NCBI GenBank assembly: GCA_963707505.1
Contig: CAVPQB010000001.1
Coordinates: forward strand, 1 to 64,000
DNA length: 64,000 nt
Reading direction: 5' to 3'
From: an uncultured Gemmatimonadales bacterium
Lineage (GTDB): Bacteria; Gemmatimonadota; Gemmatimonadetes; Gemmatimonadales; Gemmatimonadaceae
Part shown: piece by piece, positions 1 to 10,293 of the stretch
Numbering within the stretch: the first letter of the stretch is position 1
Layout of the letters: every line of letters begins with the position of its first letter
Notes under the pieces: generated by a model
What the model was told of the DNA's origin: nothing
The model's database searches: none
The model's input: only the letters and a program-made list of their open reading frames with translations
Translations under genes and position numbers: made by a program

Positions 1-1702
1 TGTTGTGCGCCGCGCGCACCCATAGCAGATGCGGAGCCGTCGGCGACGGCGGACCGGTACGCGCAGCGCCGCCAGCGGGCGCGGCCGCAGGCGGCATTTC
101 AATCCCGATCTGAAACGGCATCGTATAGAGCTGCCCCTGATTCGGCGTCTGATCGAGCGTTACCTCGAGCTGCTTGCTCGCGGCATCGTAGTGCCAGCTT
201 CCGTTGACCTTCATCACCCCGCCGCGGTGCAACCACTGCGGAAAGAACCACGACAGATCCTTCCCATACGCAGGACAGTCCGCTGCAGCCGCGCAGGCAT
301 CCTCCATCGCGTGCTGGAAGTCGAGGCTCGACGCGTTGGAGTTTTGGTACCGCGCGTAGTACAGACGAATGCCCGCCCAGAAATTGTCGGTGCCAAGCAC
401 ACCGCGCAGCATGTGTAGCACCTGCGCGCCGCCCTGATAGATCTGCGCGTTGTTGGCGATCACCTTGCTGATGTCCGACAGATTGTTGTGGACCAGTGTC
501 GAGCTGGGATTCGCCTCGGCGTAGCGACGTGCCGAAACCGCGCTCTTTTTCACGCCGTCGATAAAGGCGTCGCGGCCGTCCTGGTGCTCCTGATAGAGCA
601 GCGCGAAGTACGTCGCGAAGCCTTCGCTGAGCCACACGTCATCCCAATCCCCCTCGGTGGCGGAGTTGCCGAACCACTGATGCGCCATCTCGTGGGCGAG
701 CAGTTGACGATCGGGGCCGGTGGCTGGGTATCCATAGAAAATGTCGGAGGCGAGCTCCATGCCGCCGCCAACGCCGTTGGCTTCCACCTGGGCCAGCTTC
801 TCGTAGGAATACGGACCGATGTGGTCGATGTAGAACTCGAGGATGGGCTGGGTGAATTCGCCGAAAATCTTCGAGCTGACTGCCTGTTCCTGCGGATACG
901 TCCATCCCGACATGGGGATGCCGTGGTAGGTCCCGTAGTAATCCACCGCGTACGGGGCGGCGGCCAACGAGTACTGCCACGTGGCGATGGGCACCGATTC
1001 CTTCCACACGGTGCGACGCAGACCATTGGCCAGGTCGGTGGATTCCATTTCGGTGCCGTTGGAGATGACCTGGTATTTGGCGGGCGCTGTGACCGCAATT
1101 GTCTTGGGCGCCTTCATGTAGGGATGGTCCACGACGGCGAGCCAGTTGCGAGTCCTGTCGGGCCACGGGTTGGAGACGAACGAGCGATCTCCATACTTGT
1201 TGTCGGCGATCAGAATGCCGGTGGCGGGCACTCCGTGATAGGAGACTGCGAAGGTGAGATGACCACCGGCCCGTGATGCGACCGGGAAATCCACATGCAG
1301 CCGGTCGTGGGCATGCGTGTAGCGCAGCGCCTGTCCGGCGGAAGTGACGGAGGTGACGGTCATCCCCCGCCCCACGCTCGAGACCGGCGCGGCCGCGGGC
1401 TCGCCGCGACGCGTGCGAGCGGCAGGGACCAGGCAGGGATTCGACGAATTGGCTGCTTCAGCCGCGGTGCGCAACTGGCAGAGGTCGAGATCCATGCCGG
1501 TGACGCCGTCGGCGGTGAAGGCGAGGTTCACGGTATCGGTGATGACCAGTTCGTTGGAAGCGTCACTGAGCAGGACCGTGAAGCTGTAGTCGACAACCCG
1601 GAAGCCGGTCTGGCGTGGATAGGTGTCGCCCGTGATGGGCGAGCGCGTAATGGGAGATGCTGCCAGCAGCAGCAGAGCGGCTGCGAGAGTGGTGCTGATC
1701 AT
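1..1702 (-). CDS. M1 family aminopeptidase, secreted (3' end runs off window)
   Basis: Hand translation from ATG 1702: signal peptide MISTTLAAALLLLAAS, GGMELA (GAMEN-like) and HEMAHQWFGN...WLSEGFA (HExxH-X18-E). Missing from the ORF track, consistent with the stop lying outside the window. Confidence 0.9.
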   Translation of the reverse strand, partial: MISTTLAAALLLLAASPITRSPITGDTYPRQTGFRVVDYSFTVLLSDASNELVITDTVNLAFTADGVTGMDLDLCQLRTAAEAANSSNPCLVPAARTRRGEPAAAPVSSVGRGMTVTSVTSAGQALRYTHAHDRLHVDFPVASRAGGHLTFAVSYHGVPATGILIADNKYGDRSFVSNPWPDRTRNWLAVVDHPYMKAPKTIAVTAPAKYQVISNGTEMESTDLANGLRRTVWKESVPIATWQYSLAAAPYAVDYYGTYHGIPMSGWTYPQEQAVSSKIFGEFTQPILEFYIDHIGPYSYEKLAQVEANGVGGGMELASDIFYGYPATGPDRQLLAHEMAHQWFGNSATEGDWDDVWLSEGFATYFALLYQEHQDGRDAFIDGVKKSAVSARRYAEANPSSTLVHNNLSDISKVIANNAQIYQGGAQVLHMLRGVLGTDNFWAGIRLYYARYQNSNASSLDFQHAMEDACAAAADCPAYGKDLSWFFPQWLHRGGVMKVNGSWHYDAASKQLEVTLDQTPNQGQLYTMPFQIGIEMPPAAAPAGGAARTGPPSPTAPHLLWVRAAHN

Positions 1703-1921
1703 TTTTTTAAGTGGTTGCGCCTGAACCGGCGTTCGACGAGGACGAAGATGTCCTTCTCGCCGGGACGACGCAAGAATTCTGATCAACCCTGCAGCCCGCG
1801 CATCATCACCGCCGACCGGGTTACTGGCGTAACCGACTGAATGGCTAGATCATTGTGCCGGGAACCTGAAGCGCTTCAAAAAATCAGCGCCTTCCCATTC
1901 CTCCCTCCGGCTCGGCAATCC

Positions 1922-2014
1922 ATGTTGATTGTCATCTGGCTCCTCTTCGGTCTCGTCAGCGCAGTGGTAGCCACCGTTTCTGCGGTGAGCAAGTATAGGG
2001 CGCGCAGCATTTGA
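1922..2014 (+). CDS. small single-TM peptide or truncated membrane-protein remnant (30 aa)
   Basis: MLIVIWLLFGLVSAVVATVSAVSKYRARSI: hydrophobic helix followed by a basic tail. Confidence 0.3.
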   Translation: MLIVIWLLFGLVSAVVATVSAVSKYRARSI

Positions 2015-2041
2015 TGCATAGCGCCGTCGTCGTACTCACGC

Positions 2042-2308
2042 ATGCCCGAGGCCTGGTCTCCAGAAGAAGTTGCCGCGACAGTCGCGGACTACTTCGTCAT
2101 GCTCGAGCATCAGTTCCGCGGCGAGCCGTTCAACAAGAGCGCACACAATCGTCGCCTGCAAACCATTTTGCGCAATCGGTCGGAGGGTGCGATCGCGTTC
2201 AAACATTGCAACGTCAGTGCGATCCTCATCGAGATCGGTTTTCCATATGTCGATGGCTACAAGCCGCGTGGTAACTATCAGGAGCTCCTGAAAGCGGATT
2301 GGTTGTAG
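2042..2308 (+). pseudogene. N-terminal fragment of a DUF3883/HNH-nuclease-associated protein
   Basis: WSxEEVxAxVADYFxML...NKSAHNRRL...RSEGAIAFKHCNVSAIL...GYKPRGNYQ resembles the N-terminal domain of DUF3883/HNH proteins; stops at 88 aa with no nuclease domain. Confidence 0.6.
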
Positions 2309-2420
2309 AGAAGTGCAATCTGACCCTTGTCCTATCCCGGGGTGGTAGTGGAACACCACTCGGCGCGTTAGCTTTGCCGCCGCTGATCGTGTTCCATCAC
2401 TCCACACAGGATCTGTTGAC

Positions 2421-2915
2421 ATGCGCCTCGCATCCGTTCTCGGGTTTGGCCTCCTTGCCGTGGCCTGCGCCCCCAAATCTGAAACGCCGGCGGCCGCCGC
2501 TGCACCCGCACCGCTGTCGGCGGCTGAGATGGATTCCGTGAAGGCGGTCGACGTCGCGTTCGCTGCGGCGGTGAACGCGAGGGATACTGCTGCGATGGCC
2601 GCGGTCTATGCGTCCGATGCGAAGGTATTGCCGCCGGACGCTCCCATCATGGACATGGCCGCGGCGCGTCCGGTCATCGCGAGTCTTGTCGCGGGCGGCG
2701 CCAGCGACTTCGTGTTCACGCCGACGACGACATACGGCGTCGGCGACCTCGCCTACGCCGTCGGGATGGTGAGCTACAAGATGAGCGGCGCTCCGGAGAC
2801 GTACAAGTACGTGGAAGTGCTGCGCAAGGGCGCAGACGGAAAGTGGCGCTACGTCGTGGACATGTTCAGCGGCGTCACGCCGCCCGCCGCTGCCGCTGCG
2901 CCAGCGAGGAAGTGA
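2421..2915 (+). CDS. DUF4440/SnoaL-like (NTF2-fold) lipoprotein
   Basis: Lipobox AVAC; FAAAVNARD...YASDAKVLPP; KYVEVLRKGADGKWRYVVDMFS. Confidence 0.85.
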   Translation: MRLASVLGFGLLAVACAPKSETPAAAAAPAPLSAAEMDSVKAVDVAFAAAVNARDTAAMAAVYASDAKVLPPDAPIMDMAAARPVIASLVAGGASDFVFTPTTTYGVGDLAYAVGMVSYKMSGAPETYKYVEVLRKGADGKWRYVVDMFSGVTPPAAAAAPARK

Positions 2916-3123
2916 CACGGCTCTTCGCGCGCACCGTTCTCGTATTCGACTCGACCAGAGGCGAACCAGGGAGCCAGGCAGAACAAAGGCACCGCCACGT
3001 CCGAATGGTTGGGCACGCAGTGCGCGCTTGCAGAATGTACCACGAGCCCAGTTGTGATCGTTCGGTTATACGATCGTAAGTTACGCGACTGTAACCATTC
3101 CTCTTTATCAGCGGACAGCTCTG

Positions 3124-3212
3124 AAACCGGGGTCAGAGTACAATTTTTCTGGCAAATCCCAACTGTTTGCGCCCGGGAAAGTCCGCAAAAAACTGTACTC
3201 TGACCCCGGTTT
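3124..3212. repeat. REP/MITE-like inverted repeat, family B (25-bp arms, 1 mismatch)
   Basis: AAACCGGGGTCAGAGTACAATTTTT (3124-3148) and AAAAACTGTACTCTGACCCCGGTTT (3188-3212), intergenic. Confidence 0.8.
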
Positions 3213-3480
3213 TGGCGGGCAACTTGCGGTATGGCCGTGGCCGCCACGCGAACCTTGTGCGACATGTGAAAGCGATAGTGGATCTCCCCTGATGCTATCC
3301 AACCTCCTTCGTCAAGCACGACGCAGCACGAACAGTTTGTGAATGACTGTGTTGCGGAAACGATCCGATATGCATCGCTGTGTCACCGCCTGCCGGATTC
3401 GGAAACTGACGCGTGCATCACACTTAAGTGATCCCATTGCATCCCGAATCACGTATCAGGCCCAAACAGGGGAGTCAGAT

Positions 3481-4866
3481 ATGACGCAGTTACAACAGGC
3501 GACGGTCGACGAATTCAGAACGCACCTGCGTGGCGACGTCCTTCTCCCCGGCGACGCAGGCTACGACGACAGCCGCCAGATCTGGAACGCCATGATCGAC
3601 CGAAGGCCCGCACTGATCGCTCGTTGCGTGTCGGCAAAGGATGTCGTCGAGTCCGTCAAATTCGCACGCACGCACAATCTGCTTGTCGCAATCCGGGGCG
3701 GCGGACACAACATCGCAGGCAACGCCGTCTGCGATGACGGGATCATGATCGACCTCTCGCGAATGAAGAACGTCCAGGTGGATGTAAAGGGCCGACGCGC
3801 GACCGTCGAACCCGGTTGCACCCTCGGCGACTTCGACGCGGCCGCGCAAACGCATGGTCTCGCCACGCCATTGGGCATCAACTCGACCACTGGTGTCGCC
3901 GGCCTTACCCTCGGCGGCGGCTTCGGCTGGTTGAGCCGGAAGTATGGAATGACCGTCGACAACTTGCTCTCCGCGGACGTCGTTACTGCGGATGGCAGGC
4001 AGCTACATGCCAGCGAGACAGAAAATGGCGACCTCTTCTGGGGACTGCGTGGCGGCGGTGGGAACTTCGGTGTCGTTACACGCTTTGAGTTTCAGCTCCA
4101 TCCTGTCGGACCAGATGTGCTGAGCGGACTCATCGTCTTCCCTTTCGATCAGGCCAAGTCCGTGCTCACGAAGTTTGCGCATTTCACCCTCACGATGCCG
4201 GACGAGCTCAACGTCTGGATGGTGACGCGCAAAGCGCCTCCGCTACCATTCCTCGCCGAACAGTTCCACGGGAAGGAGATGGTTGCGCTCGCATTGTGCT
4301 ATGCCGGCAGTCCCTCGTCTGGCGAGCCGCTGATCGAACCGCTGCGCAAGTTCGGCACACCGATCGGCGAACACGTCGGCGTGCAGCCTTACACCGCCTG
4401 GCAGCAGGCATTCGATCCGTTACTGGCGAAGGGCGCCCGCAATTACTGGAAGTCGCATAACTTCGCAGAGCTCAGCGACGGCGCGATCGATGTAATCATC
4501 GAATACGCCGGCAAGCTGCCGTCGCCCCAGTGCGAGATCTTCATCGGCACGATCGGCGGACAGACTAGCCGCGTAGCGCCCGAGGCAATGGCCTACGCGA
4601 ACCGGGACGCCAATTACGTGATGAACGTGCATGGACGCTGGGAGTCGGCCGCGGAGGACGCGCGCGGTATCGAGTGGGCGCGTGGCTTCTTCGCAAAGGC
4701 ACAGCCGTTCGCGAGTGGCGGCGCGTACATCAACTTTCTGACTCAGGACGAGACCGATCGCATCGCGTTCGCCTACGGCCCTACATTCAAGCGACTGGTG
4801 GAGATCAAGAAGAAGTACGATCCGACAAACCTTTTCCGAATGAACCAGAACATCAAGCCGAGCTGA
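3481..4866 (+). CDS. FAD-binding oxidoreductase, berberine-bridge-enzyme (BBE/VAO) family
   Basis: RGGGHN covalent-FAD His motif, GLTLGGGFG, LRGGGGNFGVVT, C-terminal KKKYDPTNLFRMNQNI; GGGGAG RBS before ATG 3481. Confidence 0.93.
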   Translation: MTQLQQATVDEFRTHLRGDVLLPGDAGYDDSRQIWNAMIDRRPALIARCVSAKDVVESVKFARTHNLLVAIRGGGHNIAGNAVCDDGIMIDLSRMKNVQVDVKGRRATVEPGCTLGDFDAAAQTHGLATPLGINSTTGVAGLTLGGGFGWLSRKYGMTVDNLLSADVVTADGRQLHASETENGDLFWGLRGGGGNFGVVTRFEFQLHPVGPDVLSGLIVFPFDQAKSVLTKFAHFTLTMPDELNVWMVTRKAPPLPFLAEQFHGKEMVALALCYAGSPSSGEPLIEPLRKFGTPIGEHVGVQPYTAWQQAFDPLLAKGARNYWKSHNFAELSDGAIDVIIEYAGKLPSPQCEIFIGTIGGQTSRVAPEAMAYANRDANYVMNVHGRWESAAEDARGIEWARGFFAKAQPFASGGAYINFLTQDETDRIAFAYGPTFKRLVEIKKKYDPTNLFRMNQNIKPS

Positions 4867-5175
4867 AGGGAAATCATGCGCTGGGCGACATCGCTGGCTA
4901 CGACAGTTGCTCGGGCACAGCGACGGCAGCACGACGGTGATTTACATGCGCGTACTGAAAAGATCGGACGGAGCATCGGTCGCGCCCTAGTTGACGTCAT
5001 GTAATCTTCCGTGCGCGAGATGCGCCCTGCGCTCCAGACGGTGAGCAACGTCTTTATCGCGCGCCGCTCGTCCGTCACACCATAGCCTTGCGGTCGAGCA
5101 GATCCGCCAGGAACCTCCTCACTGGTGCGGGTCCACCGTGCAGGTGTATTTCGGTTGAGAATAAGGGATAGGACG

Positions 5176-5961
5176 ATGCGCATTGCTAGTGTGGGTCATG
5201 CGGTCTTTGCGGTGACCATGATCGCCCTCGGAATCATGGGCCTGATCACAGGCGGTTTCGCCCCGATATGGCAACCGGTACCTGCGTGGCTACCCGCACG
5301 CGATGCGCTGGCCTATCTCTGCACATTCATCTCCCTCGTCTGTGGCATGGGCCTGCTCTGGGAACGCACAGCCGCACCCGCTGCCCGCGTGCTGTTCGTT
5401 TATCTACTTCTGTGGTTGCTGCTGTTCAAAGTGCGCTACATCGTCCTCGCGCCAACTGTGGAAGGTTCCTACCAAAGCTGCGGTGAGACCGCGGTGATAG
5501 TGGCGGGCGCCTGGGTACTGTATGCCTGGTTCGCAACCGATTGGGACCGGAGGTGGCTCGGTTTCGCCATCGGCGACAGGGGCGTGCGTATCGCGAGGGC
5601 GCTCTATGGACTGTCCTTGATCGCCTTCGGCCTGTCCCATTTCGCCTACGTCAATTTGACCGCACCGCTGGTACCTGGTTGGCTGCCAGCGCATGTCTTC
5701 TGGGCGTATTTCACCGGCGGTACCTTCCTCGCTGCGGGCGCTGCGGTGCTCATCGGTGTGTATGCACGGCTGGCAGCCGCGCTCTCTGCGTTGCAGATCG
5801 GCATGTTCACGCTACTGGTGTGGGTACCCATTGTGGCAGCAGGCCACATAAGCGCCGAGCATTGGGTTGAATTCGTCGTCAGTTGGACGGTGACGGCCGG
5901 CGGCTGGGTGGTAGCGGATTCGTACCGCAGCATGCCGTGGCTCGCCGTGAACAAGCGCTAG
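5176..5961 (+). CDS. DoxX-like multi-pass membrane protein
   Basis: About 8 hydrophobic segments with internal duplication (PVPAWLPAR / [10 protein letters not shown]); FGLSHF motif. Confidence 0.75.
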   Translation: MRIASVGHAVFAVTMIALGIMGLITGGFAPIWQPVPAWLPARDALAYLCTFISLVCGMGLLWERTAAPAARVLFVYLLLWLLLFKVRYIVLAPTVEGSYQSCGETAVIVAGAWVLYAWFATDWDRRWLGFAIGDRGVRIARALYGLSLIAFGLSHFAYVNLTAPLVPGWLPAHVFWAYFTGGTFLAAGAAVLIGVYARLAAALSALQIGMFTLLVWVPIVAAGHISAEHWVEFVVSWTVTAGGWVVADSYRSMPWLAVNKR

Positions 5962-6029
5962 CGCCGGTGCTGCGGCGTTCGACACAACCCACACGTTCCA
6001 GATGGTGCCAAGGCGATGCTGTTCCTCGA

Positions 6030-7430
6030 TTACCGGCTTGCCTCCTTGTACACCACCCCGCCCTTCATCACGAACTGCACATGTTCGACCGCGGTGATGT
6101 CCTGCAGCGGATTCCCCGGCACGGCAACCACATCGGCAAAGTATCCGGGCTTCAATTGCCCGACTTCGTTCTGCCACATGAGAATCCGCGCGCCGTTCAG
6201 GTAATCGGCCTGGAGCACCGCCAGCGGCGTCATTCCGTACTTCACCATCAACTCGAACTCTCGCGCCTGCGTGCCGTGCGGAAACGGTCCGACGTCGGTG
6301 CCGACGGCCATCGGAACACCAGCCGCCACTTGTCGTTTGAACTCGTGGATCTTGTAATCGAGCATGGCGTGTTCGCGTGCCGCTGCAGCCGAATCCGCGG
6401 CGTGGTCGGCGAAATACTCGAAGATGGTGAACGTCGGAACTGCGGGTATGTGCTTCGCCTTCATCATCGCCATCGTCCCGTCGCTGAGTTGCGTCGCGTG
6501 ATCGAGGGCTGACACGCCTGCCTCCACGGCCAGCCGCGCCGCGGGCTCGCCCTGGCAGTGCACGCCCACGTTGGTGCCAAGTCTGGCCGCCTCGGCTACG
6601 GCGGCCTGGAGCTCGGGCTCGGTGTACTGGTATGGTGTATTGAAATCCCAGAACTCGGGATCGCCGGCCTGTTCACCGATCCCGAGCTGCGCGCAGAGCG
6701 GATCGCCGAGGCAGGGCGCGGAGCCGCGCGGCACCATCCTGTCGGGGCCGGTTACGTAGATCTTCGCGAACGTCGCGCCTTCCTTGTGCTGCGCGCGCAT
6801 CGTCTCGATGAGCTGCTCGGCGTCGTTGGCGTAATCGGCGTTCCCCAGAACGTGCTGCTCCGGATTGAAGCCGATCGCGTCTTCATGGCCGCCGAGTATC
6901 GAGATCGCCATGCCGCTGATCTGGAGGCGCGGTCCGGGGATCGCGCCGGTGTTGATGGCTCGGCGCACCGCCGCATCCGCCGAACCCGCGCCTTCCGTCC
7001 CCATGTCACGCTCGGCGGTGAAGCCGGCGAGCAGGTCCGCCTGCGCGGCCAGCGTCGCCTCGATAGTTCGCTCCGGCACCGATTCGTCCACCGTCTGCAT
7101 GCCCTCCGATGGCGGAGCGGGGTGCAGGAACAGATGGATGTGCGCGTCGATCAGTCCCGGCATCAGGGTGCGGTCGCCCAGATCGATCACCCTCGCACCA
7201 GGCGGCCTCGGCACAGACGTGCCGGCCGCGCGTATGCGGCCACCCTCTACCAGCACCTCGCCGGGGCTGACGATGCGCCCCGGATCCACCTCGAAGAGCC
7301 GCGCCGCGTGAAGGACGATCGGCTGCGCGTCCCTGGCGGAGGCATGAACGGCGGTCTGTGATTGCAATGTGGCGGGCGGAACGCTGAGGATCGTAGCGGC
7401 CGCGGCCAACAGGGCGATTTTCTGAATCAT
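6030..7430 (-). CDS. secreted metal-dependent amidohydrolase (prolidase-like)
   Basis: Signal peptide; MPGLIDAHIH, GFTAERDMG, VGVHC, DH, GTD, GQLKPGYFADVVAV. Confidence 0.92.
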   Translation of the reverse strand: MIQKIALLAAAATILSVPPATLQSQTAVHASARDAQPIVLHAARLFEVDPGRIVSPGEVLVEGGRIRAAGTSVPRPPGARVIDLGDRTLMPGLIDAHIHLFLHPAPPSEGMQTVDESVPERTIEATLAAQADLLAGFTAERDMGTEGAGSADAAVRRAINTGAIPGPRLQISGMAISILGGHEDAIGFNPEQHVLGNADYANDAEQLIETMRAQHKEGATFAKIYVTGPDRMVPRGSAPCLGDPLCAQLGIGEQAGDPEFWDFNTPYQYTEPELQAAVAEAARLGTNVGVHCQGEPAARLAVEAGVSALDHATQLSDGTMAMMKAKHIPAVPTFTIFEYFADHAADSAAAAREHAMLDYKIHEFKRQVAAGVPMAVGTDVGPFPHGTQAREFELMVKYGMTPLAVLQADYLNGARILMWQNEVGQLKPGYFADVVAVPGNPLQDITAVEHVQFVMKGGVVYKEASR

Positions 7431-7584
7431 CGATGCTTCCTTGATACGAGGTCGGGATAGTTGGCAAAGATGGTGTTCGCGGCGTGGCTTGCAAGCGACT
7501 GGTCCAGGGCGCGCTTGCCGAGCAGCTTGGGTGCAGCTTGGGTATAGTACTGAAGCGGCGCGTCAATCTCCCAACGAGATCTCA

Positions 7585-8484
7585 ATGAACGCGATTGTAG
7601 AAGACCCGGCGTATCTCGACGCACGCTTTCGAGAAGCCGTGGCGGCGATCGATGCCGGTCAGGTCGAAAGACTGAAGCACCTCATTACCGCAACACCTGC
7701 CCTTGTCCGCGAGCGTCTCGCATCGCCCGGTGACTGGCTGCGTGACAAGGTGGGAACATCGCTCGACGGATTCTTTCAACGACCCTACCTTCTCTGGTTC
7801 GTCGCAGAAGATCCGGTCCGCAACGGCACACTGCCGGAGAATATCGCCGACGTGGCTCGCACGATCATCGATGCCGCGCGTCGCGATAGCGGCTCGAATC
7901 TCCAGGAGCAGCTCGACTACGCGCTCAGCCTGGTCGCATGGTCCGGGATCGCACGGCAGCACGACGTGCAGCTCGATCTGATCGATGTGCTTGTCGACGC
8001 TGGTGCCGCTCTCGACGGCAATCAGAACAATGCACTCGTCAACGGCAACTTTGCCGCCGCAAAGCATCTCGTAAAGCGCGGTGCAATCGTGACGTTGCCC
8101 GTGGCGCTCTGTCTCTCCTGGTGGAACGAGGTCGATCGCCTTCTGCCGACGGTCGGCGACGACGAGAAGCAGTTTGCGTTCGTACTCTCTGCACTTCACG
8201 GGAACGCTGACGCACTACGACGGATGATTCCGGCAGTAGCTGATCTGAATGCGCCGAGCGCGGAACTCTACTCACATGCAACACCGTTGCATCACGCCGT
8301 CTCATCGGGCTCTCTCGATGCGGTGAAGGTGCTGGTGGAAGCCGGCGCGAACCTGGACGTGAACGACAGCGCATGGGGCGGCACTCCGCTCGGCTGGGCG
8401 CAATATTACATTGGCGAGGCGCAAGCAGGTCATCCGCACAAGCAGTACGCTGAGATCGCCGCTTATCTCCGTGCGCACGACTGA
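7585..8484 (+). CDS. ankyrin-repeat protein
   Basis: HATPLHHAVSSGSLDAVKVLVEAGANLD and GGTPLGWA ankyrin repeats; start assigned to ATG 7585. Confidence 0.85.
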   Translation: MNAIVEDPAYLDARFREAVAAIDAGQVERLKHLITATPALVRERLASPGDWLRDKVGTSLDGFFQRPYLLWFVAEDPVRNGTLPENIADVARTIIDAARRDSGSNLQEQLDYALSLVAWSGIARQHDVQLDLIDVLVDAGAALDGNQNNALVNGNFAAAKHLVKRGAIVTLPVALCLSWWNEVDRLLPTVGDDEKQFAFVLSALHGNADALRRMIPAVADLNAPSAELYSHATPLHHAVSSGSLDAVKVLVEAGANLDVNDSAWGGTPLGWAQYYIGEAQAGHPHKQYAEIAAYLRAHD

Positions 8485-8511
8485 CAATTCGTTCAAGCCG
8501 TGCAATCACGG

Positions 8512-9042
8512 TTACCGCGCGCCGCCGTGAAAGAGATCAGTCAGGAAGCTTATCGCAATATCCAATTGCAGCATCGCCACGTCTCCCGGTCTCCCGCGCT
8601 CGTGAACCCAACCCGCCTGGAGCGCCACAGGAGGAGTGGGCTCATAACGCGCCAGCGCACCCAGCCCATGGATCGCGCCAACGATTCCCACACCATAGAC
8701 CCCAACACGCGCTGCACCGGAAAGACGATACAGCACTCCAGCCTGCGCTTGGGCTGTCGCTCGCGGCGCGCTGGATGCGTTGTCTGCACGCGCGAAAGTC
8801 ACGCCGGCGAGTCCCATCGTCGACCACAATAATTTGGGCGGCGTTCGATGTGTCACGCCCATCGAGTCGACGTACGATGATGCTCCACCAATCTCACCAC
8901 GCATCTCAAGTCCGGCCTGCACTGACGGACGCCATTCACCAACGGCGGCTACGGCGATCCGCGGTGAGATGAACTGCGCAGTGGCAACCTGCGAAGTGGT
9001 AACGCAAACCAGTGCGATACCAAGAAATCGTTTCGCCCTCAT
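8512..9042 (-). CDS. hypothetical secreted protein, beta-strand rich
   Basis: Signal peptide ending ATA-Q; ATGA overlap with the upstream lipase stop. Confidence 0.65.
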   Translation of the reverse strand: MRAKRFLGIALVCVTTSQVATAQFISPRIAVAAVGEWRPSVQAGLEMRGEIGGASSYVDSMGVTHRTPPKLLWSTMGLAGVTFARADNASSAPRATAQAQAGVLYRLSGAARVGVYGVGIVGAIHGLGALARYEPTPPVALQAGWVHERGRPGDVAMLQLDIAISFLTDLFHGGAR

Positions 9043-10106
9043 GCGACGGGAGGTGGCGGTGGAGCTGCACTGATCGCGTTTCGAATCAGTGTGAGCACAT
9101 CTTCATCCTCACAAAGGAACGCGTGCTCACGAGCACCGTCGAGCGATGTAACGTGCGCGCCAAAGGATGCGCCGCCCCAGGCAACAGTGTGTCGCATGGG
9201 CACGAGCGTGTCGCCGGGCTCGTTGGTCCCGCTCGACGGAACCATGACGTCCCCGTCACGAACGATCGTAAGAGGTGTATTCTGTCCCTCGCCGAGAATG
9301 ACACGCGCATCGACCCATGGTCCCATATATGAAAACGGACCGGTAATGAGCGCCTGCGTCTGACGCGCACGATCGAGCATATCCGTCAGCACCGCAACGT
9401 CGATGTCTGTCGTGTCCGTCCACCCGCCGATTGCTGTGAGCTGCTGCTGAGCCGGTAACGGACGCATGTCCGTGCCGAGTACGCACGCCCAGCTTGGAAG
9501 CATCTGGTAAAGGGCGGGCCATGTGCGGATCGCCCCGCGGGTCTTGAGCTGGTTGGCGGTACCGAGGTCAGGAAAGCCAAAGATGAGCGGCTCCGCTGCG
9601 CGCATTGTTCCGGCGACGGGAGGCGCGACCAGAATTACGCGTTGTATCTTCTTCGCGAAATCGTGCGGTGTTGCTTCGAGCTTGCTGGCAGCCAGTATGA
9701 CGAGGCAACCTTGCGAGTGGCCGATCAGTGTCAGTCGCTGACCGCCTGACGCCGTGTACATCGCGGCGATTTGATCGTTCAGCAGTTGTGCGTTGTAGCG
9801 GATGTCGCAGCGCCAATCATACGGGAATACGTCGTCGATCATGTTCCAGAGCCGGTCGTATGGCGTCTGCACTACCAGATCCGCGGTAATGTCGGTCCCG
9901 TCCTCGAGCGACGTGCGCGACGGTGCCCATTCTCCCGGCTTGTGTGCCAGACTCAGGAGCGCAGTCCATTGCGACGGTGGACGCCCGCCAAGTTCCTCGT
10001 TCGACAATCCAAGCGAGGCGCGTACGGCGTTCCAGATTACGCGGCCGCTTTTGTCGAAGAGCGAGCTTGCTTCCGTGCCAGGGACTAACAGGAGTCGTTT
10101 GGCCAT
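9039..10106 (-). CDS. alpha/beta hydrolase, LCAT/PGAP1-like lipase/acyltransferase
   Basis: LLVPG oxyanion motif, FPYDWR, GHSQG nucleophile elbow, GDTLVP, EH. Confidence 0.85.
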   Translation of the reverse strand: MAKRLLLVPGTEASSLFDKSGRVIWNAVRASLGLSNEELGGRPPSQWTALLSLAHKPGEWAPSRTSLEDGTDITADLVVQTPYDRLWNMIDDVFPYDWRCDIRYNAQLLNDQIAAMYTASGGQRLTLIGHSQGCLVILAASKLEATPHDFAKKIQRVILVAPPVAGTMRAAEPLIFGFPDLGTANQLKTRGAIRTWPALYQMLPSWACVLGTDMRPLPAQQQLTAIGGWTDTTDIDVAVLTDMLDRARQTQALITGPFSYMGPWVDARVILGEGQNTPLTIVRDGDVMVPSSGTNEPGDTLVPMRHTVAWGGASFGAHVTSLDGAREHAFLCEDEDVLTLIRNAISAAPPPPPVA

Positions 10107-10239
10107 GGTTGCTCGAGAGCGGAGACTGCGGCATGAAATTGAGTGCTTATGACGGCCGACCGCAACATGGCCGCGGACGATACGCGATCACATCGATGGC
10201 AGTCCGGATCATCGCGACCGCGAAGGCCTTTTTACACAC

Positions 10240-10257
10240 GTCGAACGATCGTTCGAC
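10240..10257. promoter_or_regulatory. perfect 18-bp palindrome, putative operator
   Basis: GTCGAACGATCGTTCGAC, intergenic; 15 nt recur at 53903-53917. Confidence 0.45.
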
Positions 10258-10293
10258 AGCCGGATCACGTGCACTTCGCTGCTGACTCCGTCG

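Noticed and set aside
29..1840. Several + strand ORFs at the window start
   Set aside because: Antisense shadows of the M1 aminopeptidase, typical of high-GC DNA; the same applies to most Arg/Ala-rich ORFs in the track
1987..1999. GAGCAAGTATAGG shared with ~24204-24216
   Set aside because: Only 13 nt; explained by a minus-strand TATACT -10-like box or by chance
6650..6750. CLGDPLC insertion in the amidohydrolase as a novel domain
   Set aside because: A short loop, plausibly a periplasmic disulfide; nothing more can be supported
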